Part shown: positions 63,325-64,000 of the stretch, in pieces
Layout of the letters: every line of letters starts with the position of its first letter
How positions within the stretch are numbered: the stretch's first letter is position 1
NCBI GenBank assembly: GCA_016215325.1
Contig: JACRJV010000007.1
Coordinates: 3,728 to 67,727, forward strand
Direction: 5' to 3'
DNA length: 64,000 bases
Source of the DNA: Candidatus Uhrbacteria bacterium
GTDB taxonomy: Bacteria > Patescibacteriota > Patescibacteriia > JACRJV01
The notes under the pieces: model-generated
Databases searched by the model: none
What the model was told of the DNA's origin: nothing
Seen by the model: the letters and a program-made list of their open reading frames with translations, nothing else
Program-made: the position numbers and the translations under genes

Positions 63325-63396
63325 TGCCCTCACCAGGAGTTGAACCCAGATTTGTCCCTTAGGACGGGACCGTTCTATCCATTGAACTATGAGGGC
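63325..63396 (-). tRNA. tRNA-Arg (anticodon CCT)
   Basis: The sequence is GCCCTCA-TA-GTTC-AATGGATA-GAAC-G-GTCCC-GTCCTAA-GGGAC-AAAT-CTGGG-TTCAACT-CCTGG-TGAGGGC-A. The T-stem has two G-U pairs. Confidence 0.75.
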
Positions 63397-63548
63397 TCTG
63401 CTACTGACTCGGGGAAAATTCTCTACAAGCAGTGATGCCAGGATATCATGATTACGATTGAATGAAAAGGGTTTTTGACAGACCGGGGTGTCATGGGTAC
63501 AATGCTTGTGCTCTATCATTGGTTATTTTCATTCAAATCCTCTCTCCT

Positions 63549-63992
63549 ATGGCCATTTTCCAGAAGAACGGGACGCCAATACCAGTCGGTTCAACGGATA
63601 GTATCGAGACGATCATTGCCCCAGGAGTACGCGTGGAGGGGGAGGTGGGGTCTCGGGGTAATATTACCGTTGAGGGCGAAGTATACGGGAGCATCAAAAC
63701 AGATCAACACTTGCGGATCGGCTCCGGAGCAAAAATTTTTGCCAATGTAAAAGCGCAGTCCGCATTTGTGAGCGGAACGATCTCGGGCAACCTCAAGATT
63801 AAGGACCGCTTAGAACTCACGCAAAGCGCCACCATTGTCGGGGACGTTGAAACCAAAACAATTATTATTGCGGAAGGCGGCATGGTCCATGGAAAAGTAG
63901 AGATGTTGAGCGATGCAAAGGCGAAGGAGTTGCGCTCTCCATCAAAATCAGAAATGAAAAGCTCAAAAGAGGATGAGGAAGAAACGGCTTAA
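63549..63992 (+). CDS. Bactofilin. The ORF is open from 63462.
   Basis: There is a beta-helical DUF583-like core (...ETIIAPGVRVEGEVGSRGNITVEGEVYGSIKTDQHLRIGSGAKIFANVKAQSAFVSGTISGNLKIKDRLEL...) and a charged C-terminal tail. Confidence 0.7.
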   Translation: MAIFQKNGTPIPVGSTDSIETIIAPGVRVEGEVGSRGNITVEGEVYGSIKTDQHLRIGSGAKIFANVKAQSAFVSGTISGNLKIKDRLELTQSATIVGDVETKTIIIAEGGMVHGKVEMLSDAKAKELRSPSKSEMKSSKEDEEETA

Positions 63993-64000
63993 CAATTGGC

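Overview
This 64-kb window is densely packed with genes, almost all on the minus strand, and appears to come from an uncultivated bacterium, possibly CPR/Patescibacteria-like. That placement is inferred from two observations: the 16S rRNA gene carries a 735-bp intervening sequence with homing-endonuclease remnants at the decoding-region position, and the rRNA operon is split with no 23S gene after tRNA-Ile. The standard genetic code seems to apply, because long uninterrupted ORFs use all three stop codons.

Recognisable housekeeping genes include nrdR-nrdJ (class II ribonucleotide reductase), the proB-proC-proA-proS cluster, trxA, nusA, yraN, rnhB, tig, hppA (membrane pyrophosphatase), nfo, a CaCA antiporter, a beta-CASP RNase, rpiB, rpe, an ECF sigma/anti-sigma pair, lemA-htpX, a PfkB kinase, a 2-hydroxyacid dehydrogenase, a KH protein, trmD, a DnaQ-like exonuclease and a ferredoxin. 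There are two type II toxin-antitoxin pairs (RelBE-like and HicAB) and five tRNAs (Ile-GAT, Ala-GGC, Ala-CGC, Arg-CCT, plus tRNA-Ala fragments).

The most striking locus is a 9.7-kb gene for a 3228-aa repeat-rich protein that looks like a phage tail fibre: Gly/Thr/Ser beta-repeat modules, a GGTGATTAANARANLG motif, and a C-terminal intramolecular-chaperone (peptidase S74) domain followed by a Pro/Glu-rich tail. It sits between a strong sigma70 promoter with two small upstream genes (one a secreted Ser/Thr-rich protein) and an O-antigen-ligase/TPR membrane protein downstream. A perfectly good signal peptide lies in-frame just upstream of it, but is cut off from it by a single TAG.

Other unusual features:
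- Short nucleotide repeats are inserted in-frame inside trmD (two sites), nfo and rnhB.
- A 'four-helix-bundle / rRNA-IVS protein' gene is bracketed by GTAAC-heptamer inverted repeats related to one of the trmD inserts.
- There are four or so dispersed non-coding repeat families: a 40-bp promoter-proximal palindromic element in three copies, a ~70-bp leader element shared by trmD and yraN, a 22-bp perfect palindrome in three copies around tRNA-Ala genes, and a terminator hairpin family.
- A GC-rich island carries a two-ORF mini-operon whose second ORF is a 32-aa peptide very rich in Cys and Trp.

All calls are made by eye from sequence and translation. No database searches were run.
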